From the IMG/VR virus record IMGVR_UViG_3300043772_001024, positions 32,001 to 96,000 of that record: a DNA stretch of 64,000 bases; one strand, given 5' to 3'. Source of the stretch: a virus. The translations under genes were made by a program, and so were the position numbers. Positions 30,594 through 40,426 of this stretch are shown here, one piece after another. The stretch's first letter is position 1. Each line of letters starts with the position of its first letter. Under the pieces are notes generated by a model, which was not told where the DNA came from, made no database searches, and saw only the letters and a list, made by a program, of their open reading frames with translations.

Positions 30594-30627
30594 TAAAAAA
30601 CAAAACCCCCACAAGTGTGAGGGTTTG
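30594..30627 (-). terminator. Intrinsic terminator
   Basis: Minus strand AAACCCTCAC-ACTT-GTGGGGGTTT stem-loop followed by TGTTTTTT. Confidence 0.8.
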
Positions 30628-30663
30628 TCTTGTTGTCACAGAAACCAACAACCTGTAACTTCT

Positions 30664-30909
30664 TTAAGGATTACACAACTGAGCTACTATACTTTGTAAA
30701 GCTGTAGCTAAGTTTGTGTTTGTTGCTATTAATATTGTTTCACCACACATAATATTTGGACCAGTATATATAATACACTGAGCATCCATTATCTCAGAAC
30801 ATGGTTCTGGATTAGGACATCCAATTGGAGTTGGACATGGTGCAGGACTTGGCATGAAGCTATCTTCACATCCGCATTTCTTACATGTATTTGTTGTTGT
30901 AGTTGTCAT
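30664..30909 (-). CDS. Small Cys-rich protein (81 aa) sharing the N-domain of the adjacent fibre
   Basis: PCSEIMDAQCIIYTGPNIMC resembles PCSPISSNCVIWQGPDIPC in the 559-aa ORF. Confidence 0.6.
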   Translation of the reverse strand: MTTTTTNTCKKCGCEDSFMPSPAPCPTPIGCPNPEPCSEIMDAQCIIYTGPNIMCGETILIATNTNLATALQSIVAQLCNP

Positions 30910-30919
30910 TACTTAATAT

Positions 30920-32599
30920 TTAAGGACAAGAATAATTTTTAATATCTGTTGTACATGGATCTAAATATGCAATAAGCCCATCAAGTTGTACCCAACCAAA
31001 TCCACCAACATTAGTTTCATTATTAGCATCACAACTAAATGGATATGTTAATGTTGCATCGTAGTCTAATGTAACTGCTTGAGCACCTGATGCTGGTGAA
31101 CTATTCATTACACTAGATGCACTCTGATATAATGGAACATATTCTCCAGATCTTACATGTGATATAACATTATTTGCAATAGATGTGCTATATGGATTAC
31201 CTATAGTCCCACCTGTTCCTGCTGATTCTTCATAATCTTTTATTAATGTTAATATTAATGTTTTATTTGAAGTAATGATTGGTTTTACTAAAGTAGTTAG
31301 CATACCACTGTATAATGGTACAGAACTTATGTTTATAAATCTATAAGCTAATGTATAATTTAGAAAATAACTATTATCAAAATTAGTTCCTGCATCAACT
31401 ATAGAAGTTGGTATAACTGACAAACCTTGATTAAATGTAATTGAACCACCAGAGTTTAATACTACTGATCCAGGACCAGCTTGTGATGGAGCTACTGTTG
31501 TGTTTAAGAAATAAGTATCAGTTAGTGGTGCTGATCCATTATAATCCCATATCAATGGTTGATTACTATTTAAAGGATCTTGTAAAGGAATCATTACAAC
31601 CCCTCTAAAATGAACAGCATTTCCTATTCTTCTACATTGAGGTACTTTTTTATTTGCAATATTAAATGTCCCATACCATGCAAATCCATCTAGATCCACC
31701 CAACCTGTATCTTGTATATTTGCAGTTAATACTCCGGCAGTCAAATCTAAATTTACACTGCTTGTATTACTTGTGCTTACAAGTCCAGTACTAACTGCAG
31801 CATATACATCACATATTACAATCCAAGCATTAGTAATGCTTTCTGCAAGAGTTGCTGGAACAGGAGTCCAATTTGGATCTGTAGTTACATCTGTTCCAAA
31901 AGCACATGCTGGAACTAATGCATTACCAATATCTGCTGGAGTACCTAATACACCTAACAAAGAACAATAACCACCAGCTACACTATTTATTAATTGATCT
32001 AATACATTATCAATAGCATATGTATTTCCTGCAATCAATGTACCAATATTACATCCAACTATAATTGTTGGTGTAGGTGTTACTGGTGGAGGTGTATTTT
32101 CTATTGCAGTTACTCTAACTAATAAATCTGTAATTTGAATCTGTAAGTTTAAAATCTCATCTATTATAGATGTGATCTTTTGACCAATCATTAATACATA
32201 ATCTACTAACTGCATAGTAGTTTGTGTACCTACAACAAAAGGTTCTGCTACAGTCACAACACAGTCAGGACATGTTGATGTTGATCTTAATCCTCTTGTA
32301 CCACCAGCTAACTCTGTTTCATTAATATTTTCAAGAGCACATACTCTGTCAATAAGCAACTGAATTAGTTTTTGAAAATCATCTGGAGGACATGCTATTA
32401 AATTAAAACATGATAAATCATAGTTTGTAATTTTAAGAGTGTCCATTATAGCACACAGTTCTGTAGCTAATTTTTCTATTACATCAGATACAGTATCTCC
32501 TGTACATAATTTAATACAAGGAATATCTGGACCTTGCCATATCACACAATTACTTGATATTGGGCTACATGGTCTATTATCTAAGTTTAATGGTTTCAT
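30920..32599 (-). CDS. Putative tail fibre (559 aa) with Cys-rich N-terminal attachment domain
   Basis: Cys-rich N-terminus, coiled coil, then DTGWVDL...PQCRRIGNAVHFRG (fibre tip-like beta domain). Confidence 0.6.
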   Translation of the reverse strand: MKPLNLDNRPCSPISSNCVIWQGPDIPCIKLCTGDTVSDVIEKLATELCAIMDTLKITNYDLSCFNLIACPPDDFQKLIQLLIDRVCALENINETELAGGTRGLRSTSTCPDCVVTVAEPFVVGTQTTMQLVDYVLMIGQKITSIIDEILNLQIQITDLLVRVTAIENTPPPVTPTPTIIVGCNIGTLIAGNTYAIDNVLDQLINSVAGGYCSLLGVLGTPADIGNALVPACAFGTDVTTDPNWTPVPATLAESITNAWIVICDVYAAVSTGLVSTSNTSSVNLDLTAGVLTANIQDTGWVDLDGFAWYGTFNIANKKVPQCRRIGNAVHFRGVVMIPLQDPLNSNQPLIWDYNGSAPLTDTYFLNTTVAPSQAGPGSVVLNSGGSITFNQGLSVIPTSIVDAGTNFDNSYFLNYTLAYRFINISSVPLYSGMLTTLVKPIITSNKTLILTLIKDYEESAGTGGTIGNPYSTSIANNVISHVRSGEYVPLYQSASSVMNSSPASGAQAVTLDYDATLTYPFSCDANNETNVGGFGWVQLDGLIAYLDPCTTDIKNYSCP

Positions 32600-32603
32600 A
32601 TAT

Positions 32604-32634
32604 ATAATATACTAATTATTATTGAGAATTACAA
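32604..32634 (-). promoter_or_regulatory. Putative late promoter TTG-N20-TATATTAT
   Basis: Recurrent motif just upstream of the 559-aa start. Confidence 0.55.
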
Positions 32635-34637
32635 GTTTTTAATGTGGTGTTGCATCCACATCCACATGTAGGTGTATTATTACAACATGTCTGAACAGGT
32701 TTGCAGATATAGTCAGGGTCAACTAAAGCAGCCAAATCTATTAGCTCTTTTTTGATTAACCACTTTTCATCATCTTCAGGACAACAATTGCTTAGCCCAT
32801 ATCTAAGTCTCATGACTTCTTTATATAGTATCTCTGATGCTCTACAAGTAATCTTTTCCCATTTATCTATATCACATGTTGGTACAGAGTATCCAGGTTT
32901 AATTTTTCTTTTAGGAGTTATAATTGGACATACAAGTGTTGGTGTGTAACATACTGTAGTTTTTTCAAACTGAATGCTCCCTGTTCCTACAATATATATG
33001 TTACTTGATGTTTGATTATCAACACCACAAATTGTTATTATGTATGGACTCTTTTGTGTTATTGTTTGTTGAGACTCAACATTACCACTACAATTTTTAT
33101 AATAAAGTGTTGCAGTTGTATCAGAACCAATAGTAATATTATATTCATAACAAAAATCACCACCAAGAACACAGTCTCCAAATATCTCTAGATTATCTGT
33201 CTCAGGATAATCAGTTACCCATCTCTTAAGACAAATTTTTCCACTAGTTGCCCCTGCAGTTAATCTTAATGATACACTGTTATCATCACAATCTATATAC
33301 TCATATTCTTTCTCTTCAGTGCTATAGTTTGTTATTCTGTTGCATAGACATGGTAGTGGAGGAGTACAACTTGGACAATCAACATAAGTATTAGTTACTG
33401 TAACAGGTACAGGATTTATTGGTACTTCAACTTCTGTTATACTCCAACAACCCTCGCACCCTTGTACATTAACTATATCATCAAGATATGCAGAAAGATC
33501 AGAACCTGTATATATAGGATCAAGTATCTCATTACAATCTTCTAATATGTAATACTGAGTTAAACATTCAACACATGAGTTAAATGAAGTTAGTATAACT
33601 ACAGTAGTTTCACTTGGTGGTTGATAATTAATAAGCTCTACAAAAAAACAACCACAATCTTCTAGTTTAACATATTGTCCTACATAGTCTGCTAGGTCTT
33701 GATATGTGTATTTAATATCATTAGCATTTTCACAACTAGTTAACTTGTAAGCAATGATTGGTAAACATTCTGAACAAGATCCGTATTCTTGAGTTACTAT
33801 GACATTAACTGTACAATCACAAATTTCTTCAGACTCAGCAACAGACCAGCATCCATCATAACCCGCTATTTGTACTACAGTGTTTGTATCAACATATTGA
33901 GACAGACTTTGCAGTGTAGAATATATTATTTCTTTTGTATCACAGTTAGTAAGTTCATAGCACTCCGTAGGGCATTGTCCATCAATACATAATCCATTAT
34001 CAGTAACCTGATAGTTAGGTAGTTTACCATTTACTATTGGTCTTATTTGTGAACAAAAACCTAATGTCTCACCAATGGTTTCCTGTAAAACTCCATCACA
34101 GTCTATATATGTAAGTAACTTAAATTGGCCAGTTACATCATAACATTTACAAGGACATGGTTCAGGACCAACATCATCTAGTATAAAATCATTAAATGGA
34201 CTATTGCAATAACCTGCATTTTCTAATACAAACCATGTTGAATTTTCACCATCAGCTACTATAACAACATATTGACCTACAACACTTTCTAAATCTGGAT
34301 TTGTACTATTAAAAAATTGACCATCACAGTTATATAATGTGTAACACGTTGTTTGACAGTCTGGACATTCTTCTGTATAATCAGTACACTTTGCTTCAGG
34401 ATCTAATGTTACTATTGTAAAATAAGCTAAGGATGGTGCTGGATTTAATCCAGACCAATCACCAGTTAAGTATGTAGTTACTCTGTAACATGAATCTGAA
34501 AATCCTGGAAATAGTGTAGTAGGTTTTACAAGTGTTCCATAGTCTGTTGTACCATCATATAGAAATTCTAAAAAGACAGTTTCATCACAACAACTTGTGA
34601 ACCTTATTACAATACGTTCAAATGTTACAGCAGCCAT
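32619..34637 (-). CDS. Cys-rich repeat structural protein (672 aa), putative tail hub/appendage
   Basis: Tandem ~65-aa YxLxxC...GCW/F...CxxC repeats; helical C-terminus LYKEVMRLRYGLSNCC; tail block position. Confidence 0.55.
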   Translation of the reverse strand: MAAVTFERIVIRFTSCCDETVFLEFLYDGTTDYGTLVKPTTLFPGFSDSCYRVTTYLTGDWSGLNPAPSLAYFTIVTLDPEAKCTDYTEECPDCQTTCYTLYNCDGQFFNSTNPDLESVVGQYVVIVADGENSTWFVLENAGYCNSPFNDFILDDVGPEPCPCKCYDVTGQFKLLTYIDCDGVLQETIGETLGFCSQIRPIVNGKLPNYQVTDNGLCIDGQCPTECYELTNCDTKEIIYSTLQSLSQYVDTNTVVQIAGYDGCWSVAESEEICDCTVNVIVTQEYGSCSECLPIIAYKLTSCENANDIKYTYQDLADYVGQYVKLEDCGCFFVELINYQPPSETTVVILTSFNSCVECLTQYYILEDCNEILDPIYTGSDLSAYLDDIVNVQGCEGCWSITEVEVPINPVPVTVTNTYVDCPSCTPPLPCLCNRITNYSTEEKEYEYIDCDDNSVSLRLTAGATSGKICLKRWVTDYPETDNLEIFGDCVLGGDFCYEYNITIGSDTTATLYYKNCSGNVESQQTITQKSPYIITICGVDNQTSSNIYIVGTGSIQFEKTTVCYTPTLVCPIITPKRKIKPGYSVPTCDIDKWEKITCRASEILYKEVMRLRYGLSNCCPEDDEKWLIKKELIDLAALVDPDYICKPVQTCCNNTPTCGCGCNTTLKTCNSQ

Positions 34638-34638
34638 T

Positions 34639-34830
34639 TTATTTGGTAAATTTCTTCAGGTTTAAATATCTATTTGGTCCCCAAGTATTTGTGGTTGTAA
34701 CAGGTTTAGCTGGAGTAACAGTTTGAGCTACTTTGGTAGCACAGCTACTACATCCTTGCTTTCCATTTGAAAGTGTTCTCTTCTGACATCCACAACTTAA
34801 TTTGGCTCCACAATTAGGACAACTACTCAT
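34639..34830 (-). CDS. Small zinc-finger-like protein (63 aa)
   Basis: CPNCGAKLSCGC...GCSSC; co-oriented; AAACCAACA leader. Confidence 0.6.
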   Translation of the reverse strand: MSSCPNCGAKLSCGCQKRTLSNGKQGCSSCATKVAQTVTPAKPVTTTNTWGPNRYLNLKKFTK

Positions 34831-34849
34831 TTTGTTGGTTTTTATTGGT

Positions 34850-35392
34850 TTAACAATTAGTACAAGTTAATTTATTTAAAAGCTTAAGTGCATAATTGTA
34901 CAAGCTCATTCCTTTCTGAGGCTCATGACAATATTCTACTTTTGCTTTTGCAGCTTGAAGATACATATTAATTAATCTTAAAGCTTCTAATTTCTTTTTG
35001 ACTGCTGCTGGCGGATCACATGCTGCAGCATCTACATCACACAATACTTTATTGTACTTTATTAAAGCTTGTGTAATTCTCATATGGTTGTACTCTACAT
35101 ATACTTGATCATTAGGAGATACACTATACTTAATGATGTATATACCATCAGGTATATCATAGTTAATTGTACCGCAATCTACAGTTTGTAACTGAAGGTC
35201 ACATGCAGTTATTGTCTCCGCAAAGTTTTCAGTAGTATCTAGCTGTACTGAATATCCAAATCCAGGTACAGTAATGTTTAATGTAGGACAAGATACCGGA
35301 AGTAATGGTGTATAAACACTTGTATCAAATAACTTCATGATACATGAGTTCATCACAGTAGGTACTTCTAAACTTAATACATGATTTGCCAT
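34850..35392 (-). CDS. Putative tail hub/structural protein (180 aa)
   Basis: IPDGIYIIKYSVSP beta motif and helical C-terminus; follows the auxiliary capsid gene as in crAss-like phages. Confidence 0.55.
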   Translation of the reverse strand: MANHVLSLEVPTVMNSCIMKLFDTSVYTPLLPVSCPTLNITVPGFGYSVQLDTTENFAETITACDLQLQTVDCGTINYDIPDGIYIIKYSVSPNDQVYVEYNHMRITQALIKYNKVLCDVDAAACDPPAAVKKKLEALRLINMYLQAAKAKVEYCHEPQKGMSLYNYALKLLNKLTCTNC

Positions 35393-35404
35393 GATATTTA
35401 TAAT

Positions 35405-35439
35405 AAAAAAGGGGAGGAGTTTGAAACTCTTCTCCCCTT
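35405..35439 (-). terminator. Intrinsic terminator after auxiliary capsid gene
   Basis: Minus strand GGGGAG(AA)GAGTT-TCA-AACTCCTCCCC followed by TTTTTT. Confidence 0.8.
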
Positions 35440-35463
35440 ATTGTTTATAGTTAACTTATTGTC

Positions 35464-37269
35464 TTAAACACAAACTGTAGGACCAGTAGGTGTTGTAGGT
35501 GGGAAGTTATAAAGTGGAACACATGCTGTTTCAACACATCCTTCCAATTCTAAACCTACACAGTCTGAACAATTTGACAACCAAGCATTTACAAATGTTT
35601 CAAATGTAGCTTCTGGACCACAAGTAATAACTTCTAACAAGTACTGATCATTATCAAATGTGCTAGATGGGTTATTGAAACGTGGAACATTGTGCTGTAA
35701 GAAATATCTTGTATACAACTTGTTACGGTCAATATAATCAAACACACTGTATCCTTGAGTAATCTCACGAATCCTGAAATCACTAGAGAAGAAGTTTTGT
35801 CTGTATTGCTCAGATAAGATAGCATCTCTTGCAACTGATTCACCAAGACCCATTACTTGTCTTCCTTCACACTCAGTAATAACACATACTCCATCAAACA
35901 AACATGGATCACCATTTAAGTCTACTTCAGAAGCATACAATCTTACTGGCTCAACTTCATAGAAGTCAGAGATTTGGAATGTACAATTTTGGAATTTAGT
36001 ATCAACATAAGCTCCATTAAGAACCATACCAGCACAGTCATTAAGTATATATCCTGGAGATACATATTGATCCCAAGTTTTTGCACCTGGTACTGTTGCT
36101 AGGAATGCAGCTGATGTTCCTGGTGCATACAATGGAACACCACTTTGATCAACTACAACAATTTGCATAAATGGAGATATAACAGGATATCTTGTAATTG
36201 CTTCAGCCCATTGGATAAAAATTAAAGTTGAATCAATTTCTACTGGAGCAATAGCACCATCAGGACAACATCCACCGTATGCAGAAGCAATGATGTAAGA
36301 GTTGTGATTTAATAATCTTAATGCAGGAGAACCTTTAACATCAACACGTAATGTATAAGTTTCACCACAATAGAATTTTTTACAACAGTTAGCACCTATT
36401 CCAGCATCTACTGTAAATGTAGGAGAGGTGATTGAACCTGATCCATCCCAAGGTAAGTAAAAACCTGTGATTGCAATTGGACCTGCAACAGTTTGTGAAA
36501 TACTAACTTCATAAGTACCAGCACCACCAGTAGTTCCTGTTAATTGTGAAAGTATAGTTGTACCAGCTGTAACACCTGTACCTTGAATTACCATACCTGG
36601 TTGGAAAGAACCACCGTTTGCTGCCATAGCTGCAATTGTCATTGTAGTACCTGAAATGCTACTACCTGCTGAAGATATACCTGTTTCAGGTTGAACTATG
36701 TCACCATCAACCCATCCTGAACCACCATTAGCAATTTCTACAAATGTAACTACTCCACCTACTACAGTGATATCAGCAAGTAATCCAGAACCTGTTGGTG
36801 AAGATAAATCTACTAATGGGATATTATTATAAACACCATCAGCAATATTAGCACCAGCATTTGTGATTGCTAAACTTAAAGCTACATCATCTGTGTAAGC
36901 TGTGTTACCAATATGGATAACATTATTTTGTGGTAAACATGGATCTACACGGTAGAATTTGTTTACATATTTAGGATTAATTTCCTTAGACTTGTTAGAC
37001 TCTTGGTATCCACCATGGAAAGGACCAATTTTATCATTCTGATAAATTGAACCTGCAGCAAGGATAAGATTACAACATCCTATTGTTGTTGCACTATATG
37101 TTGTTGGAACAACAGTCCAGGTTTTAGGGTTTACAAATCCAAAAGATCCTCCAGGAAAAATATTCCCTGTAGTACCAAGTTGGCCACCATTTAATCCTGT
37201 ATAACCTCCACCACCTGCCAAGGTAGTACCAATGAAGGTTTTTCTAAAGGCATGATTAAAATAACTCAT
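35464..37269 (-). CDS. Putative auxiliary capsid/decoration protein (601 aa) with inserted beta domains
   Basis: Own promoter and terminator; CGT Arg codons as in the MCP gene; [18 protein letters not shown] and [16 protein letters not shown] core; crAss-like synteny. Confidence 0.6.
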   Translation of the reverse strand: MSYFNHAFRKTFIGTTLAGGGGYTGLNGGQLGTTGNIFPGGSFGFVNPKTWTVVPTTYSATTIGCCNLILAAGSIYQNDKIGPFHGGYQESNKSKEINPKYVNKFYRVDPCLPQNNVIHIGNTAYTDDVALSLAITNAGANIADGVYNNIPLVDLSSPTGSGLLADITVVGGVVTFVEIANGGSGWVDGDIVQPETGISSAGSSISGTTMTIAAMAANGGSFQPGMVIQGTGVTAGTTILSQLTGTTGGAGTYEVSISQTVAGPIAITGFYLPWDGSGSITSPTFTVDAGIGANCCKKFYCGETYTLRVDVKGSPALRLLNHNSYIIASAYGGCCPDGAIAPVEIDSTLIFIQWAEAITRYPVISPFMQIVVVDQSGVPLYAPGTSAAFLATVPGAKTWDQYVSPGYILNDCAGMVLNGAYVDTKFQNCTFQISDFYEVEPVRLYASEVDLNGDPCLFDGVCVITECEGRQVMGLGESVARDAILSEQYRQNFFSSDFRIREITQGYSVFDYIDRNKLYTRYFLQHNVPRFNNPSSTFDNDQYLLEVITCGPEATFETFVNAWLSNCSDCVGLELEGCVETACVPLYNFPPTTPTGPTVCV

Positions 37270-37300
37270 TGTTTTTTGTTTTAGTTAATAAATATATACT

Positions 37301-37331
37301 ATAATATAGTAAAAGTTTTTGAAATAACAAA
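37301..37331 (-). promoter_or_regulatory. Putative late promoter TTTG-N19-TATATTAT
   Basis: Recurrent motif; about 45 bp nearly identical to the 63565 site. Confidence 0.65.
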
Positions 37332-37332
37332 A

Positions 37333-37845
37333 TTATTTTAAGAAAAGTAATTTATATTTAGTAGAATTAATTGCATCCTTTACTAAATCTAAGTTGTTTA
37401 CTATCTCAGAATAAGGTAACATCCCTTGGAGTTTGTTTACCATAGCATAAATATCTCTAAGATATGATACACCATCTGCTACAGTATCTAAGGTTCTTGG
37501 TGTTACTTCAGAATACTTTAATAGTTTTTCTGCAGCTCCCTGATATCCTTCAACTAAGGTATCTGCAAAATCAGGTATAGCATCATATAACTCATTAAGA
37601 GCTTTGTGTGCTGCATAAGATCCATCACCTGTTACTTTAAGATGTAGCTTATGAAAACTTGTTCTTGCATTCATAAGTTCTGAAGCACATGCAGATACCA
37701 TAGTATCTAATGAACTACCACCAACTCCTGTATCTGGAGTAGGTTGTGGTTTAGCTGGTTCTTCTTTTGGTTGAGTAACTGTAACTTGTGGTCTAGCAAT
37801 TGTTTTTGCTGGCTCCGGATTTCTTTTTAATAATCTTGTTGACAT
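37333..37845 (-). CDS. Dps/ferritin-like protein (DUF5856-like)
   Basis: FHKLHLKVTG..SYAAHKALNELYD..PDFADTLVEGYQG...KYKLLFLK four-helix ferritin-fold signature. Confidence 0.75.
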   Translation of the reverse strand: MSTRLLKRNPEPAKTIARPQVTVTQPKEEPAKPQPTPDTGVGGSSLDTMVSACASELMNARTSFHKLHLKVTGDGSYAAHKALNELYDAIPDFADTLVEGYQGAAEKLLKYSEVTPRTLDTVADGVSYLRDIYAMVNKLQGMLPYSEIVNNLDLVKDAINSTKYKLLFLK

Positions 37846-37850
37846 TGCTT

Positions 37851-38549
37851 TTAGTTGTTACGTTCTGCAGTTTCTGTACCTCTGGAGAATTGGTTAGTTG
37901 ACTCAATATCTCCTGCAAGTATACTCACTGCTTCATCTATTATTAATTCTATTATATCATCTTTAAACTCACATAGTACTTCAGTTGTAGAAGCAACATT
38001 AGTATAAGGGTCCACACATCCTTGGATTTGTATTTTAATAGGTTGTCTATAATATACTAAGTCAGCTTTTTCTATATGAAATGCATTGTTAGTATAAACA
38101 TTTACTTTGTTACCTTTTAGAGTAGCAAAGGTTTCTGCCCATTCAAAACTAGGTTTCTTAGCATCATCTCTAAGTAACTGATTTAAGTTACCTTCTTCAG
38201 CAAGATACACAGTCATCCTTCTTTTATCACAGCATTCTTTGTTAGCAAAGACATCTACTCTTTTCCACTGCAGATACTCAAGAGGTAGTGTGGCTTCATA
38301 GTATATTTCCTTATCAGTAAGAGATAGATCATATGTAGACAATAGTACTTGAAGATCATCTTTTCTTCTAGTAGATTGCTCATCACCTTCTTTAACTAAG
38401 TTGATACCATGTAGCTGTCTTCTTACCCACTCCACCTGAGCTTTATTAAAACCCTCAACAATTTGCCAACACTCAAGATTATCATAATCCTGAGAATCAA
38501 GCTTGTTGATCCTTTGTTTTATCTTTATGGTAATAGTACTATTAAGCAT
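37851..38549 (-). CDS. Head-tail adaptor/ring protein
   Basis: INKLDSQDY...FNKAQ...EQSTRRKDDLQVL...YYRQP...CEF..ELIIDEAV pattern of crAss-like ring proteins. Confidence 0.7.
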   Translation of the reverse strand: MLNSTITIKIKQRINKLDSQDYDNLECWQIVEGFNKAQVEWVRRQLHGINLVKEGDEQSTRRKDDLQVLLSTYDLSLTDKEIYYEATLPLEYLQWKRVDVFANKECCDKRRMTVYLAEEGNLNQLLRDDAKKPSFEWAETFATLKGNKVNVYTNNAFHIEKADLVYYRQPIKIQIQGCVDPYTNVASTTEVLCEFKDDIIELIIDEAVSILAGDIESTNQFSRGTETAERNN

Positions 38550-38552
38550 GTC

Positions 38553-39065
38553 TTATTTTTTTCTTTTTACAGAGCCGCCTTTTTTAAAAGCTTCTTTATA
38601 ATCTCTATCTAATATTTTTTTTCTATGTGTTCCTTCTTCTGAATTCCAATCAATATTATTCATATTGTTCATTTCATTAAGTTGGGCATTTTTATTATAT
38701 TTTTGATTCCAGATTCCTTCTTTGTTTAAACCTGTTCCTAATCTTTTATTATTAACACCAACTGCAGGAGATCTTAAATAATTTTCAAAAGCAGATCTAT
38801 CTTCTTTTTCTATTTGTCTATATTGATCTTCAGTACCATAACCCATATTTGGTTTTGCTGGTGCAAATGGTGTATTAGGTGTAGTTGTAGATGGAAAAGC
38901 TTGATCAAGTCTTTTAGTATCTGATTCTGTTAAAGGTCCAGCATATGTATTTTTAAAAGACATACCATCTTGAGCTTTCTTAATAGACTTTTTTACTGAA
39001 GCTTGTCTAGCTTCATTAGCTTTTCTAAAGAATGTAATTGGATTTTCTTTTTTAGTTTTTTTCAT
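38553..39065 (-). CDS. Basic hypothetical protein (170 aa)
   Basis: KAQDG and terminal FKKGGSVKRKK motifs. Confidence 0.6.
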   Translation of the reverse strand: MKKTKKENPITFFRKANEARQASVKKSIKKAQDGMSFKNTYAGPLTESDTKRLDQAFPSTTTPNTPFAPAKPNMGYGTEDQYRQIEKEDRSAFENYLRSPAVGVNNKRLGTGLNKEGIWNQKYNKNAQLNEMNNMNNIDWNSEEGTHRKKILDRDYKEAFKKGGSVKRKK

Positions 39066-39066
39066 C

Positions 39067-39234
39067 TTATTTCTTTTTAGCTTTTGCCATTTTCTTAAAA
39101 GTAAGAGCTAATGTTTTAGCTTTACCTGTACAACCTGGTTTAGTAATTGGAGTACATTTACCTTCAGTACCTCTACGTTTAATAGAGGCTGAAACTTTTT
39201 GCATCCATTTTTTGTCAGACTTTTTAGTAGGCAT
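39067..39234 (-). CDS. Small basic protein (55 aa), missed by ORF track
   Basis: Manual translation MPTKKSDKKWMQKVSASIKRRGTEGKCTPITKPGCTGKAKTLALTFKKMAKAKKK*; fills the gap between neighbours exactly. Confidence 0.75.
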   Translation of the reverse strand: MPTKKSDKKWMQKVSASIKRRGTEGKCTPITKPGCTGKAKTLALTFKKMAKAKKK

Positions 39235-39236
39235 GG

Positions 39237-39881
39237 TTATCTTTTTTTAGCTCCGCCCATTTTTTTAATAACACCTCTACCTTTTAAGATATCAGCTCTA
39301 GTAACTTTACCATCTTTGTTTAAATCTGGAAAACCACCTTTTTTAAATCTAGGTCTTTCACTAACACATTTTCCAGAAGCATCTTTCACCATACCTCCAC
39401 GGCAACCAGGTGACACAGCTCTATTAGTAGTAGAACCACCTTTCTTAAGGATACGTCCTTGTTCAGATCTTGGATTACTACTATACATTGGCATACCCAT
39501 CATTGGTAAAGTTGCACCACCCATAGCATATTTTTTCTTAGCACCACCAAGTTTCTTTTCTTCTGTAGGTTCATTTAATTTTTTTCTAGCTTCTTTTCTA
39601 GTCATTCCGGGATTAGCTTTTTTAATCTCTGATACTGCTTTTCTTTTTTTACTAGCATCAGCAATCATTTTTCCAGCAACAGCAGCTGAGCCACCAATGC
39701 TACTTACAAGACCAGCAATTAAACCAGCACCACAAGGTCCACAACCAACTTTTTTTCCACCAACAGATATTGGACACTTTCCAGGAGGGCATTCTCCAGG
39801 ACCACTTTTAGCCATTTTCTTAACAGCAGTAACCTTACCACCATCTTTCATTTTACCACAACCGTATTTACAAGTTTTCAT
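39237..39881 (-). CDS. Lys/Gly-rich protein (214 aa) with six xxxGG motifs and one hydrophobic segment
   Basis: MKDGG, KKLGG, YAMGG, LKKGG, FKKGG, KKMGG; FPDLNKDGKVTRADILKGRG (EF-hand-like loop). Confidence 0.65.
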   Translation of the reverse strand: MKTCKYGCGKMKDGGKVTAVKKMAKSGPGECPPGKCPISVGGKKVGCGPCGAGLIAGLVSSIGGSAAVAGKMIADASKKRKAVSEIKKANPGMTRKEARKKLNEPTEEKKLGGAKKKYAMGGATLPMMGMPMYSSNPRSEQGRILKKGGSTTNRAVSPGCRGGMVKDASGKCVSERPRFKKGGFPDLNKDGKVTRADILKGRGVIKKMGGAKKR

Positions 39882-39894
39882 TTTATATATAGTT

Positions 39895-40176
39895 TTAACA
39901 ATTCCACTTTCTTAAAGACTTATTGATCCTTGAATCAGGATCATTAGCTGTCTTAGAGCTTGTTAGTTTTTTCTTCATCCCACTCATCCTAGCACAGAAA
40001 CTTTTTCTTCTCTTAGCAGACTTGCTATCTGGATCAAGCTTTGATGGTTTAGTAGTCACAGCTGTCTTAAGTTTACTACCAGGATTAGCTGCCCTATAGC
40101 TTGCTACACCTTTAGCATTAAGCCCACCTTCTGGATTCTTACCTGCTTTTCTTTGCCATGCTGGTGACTTAGCCAT
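39895..40176 (-). CDS. Small basic phage protein (DUF6321-like)
   Basis: WQRKAGKNPEGGLNAKG...RRKSFCARM...SRINKSLRKWNC recognised as a widespread aquatic-phage family. Confidence 0.7.
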   Translation of the reverse strand: MAKSPAWQRKAGKNPEGGLNAKGVASYRAANPGSKLKTAVTTKPSKLDPDSKSAKRRKSFCARMSGMKKKLTSSKTANDPDSRINKSLRKWNC

Positions 40177-40178
40177 GA

Positions 40179-40421
40179 TTATATTTTTTTACCACCAGCA
40201 AGATTGGTAAACATCTTTGCTTGTTCTAATGCAGCTTTCTTTACTTCCGCCATCATCTTAGCATCCTTTTGAATTTCTGCTGCTCTCTTTAATGTGGACA
40301 TAGCAGATTCAATTTCCCATTTTCTCATCTCAGCTTTATTACTACCAAGTCCAATTGATATACTTGTTGTACTTGCTTTTTTAGCTGGTGCTTTTTTAGT
40401 TGTTGTTTTTTTAATTGCCAT
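40179..40421 (-). CDS. Small basic hypothetical protein (80 aa)
   Basis: Histone-like KKAPAKK N-tail, helical WEIESAMSTLKRAAEIQKD. Confidence 0.65.
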   Translation of the reverse strand: MAIKKTTTKKAPAKKASTTSISIGLGSNKAEMRKWEIESAMSTLKRAAEIQKDAKMMAEVKKAALEQAKMFTNLAGGKKI

Positions 40422-40426
40422 GACTA

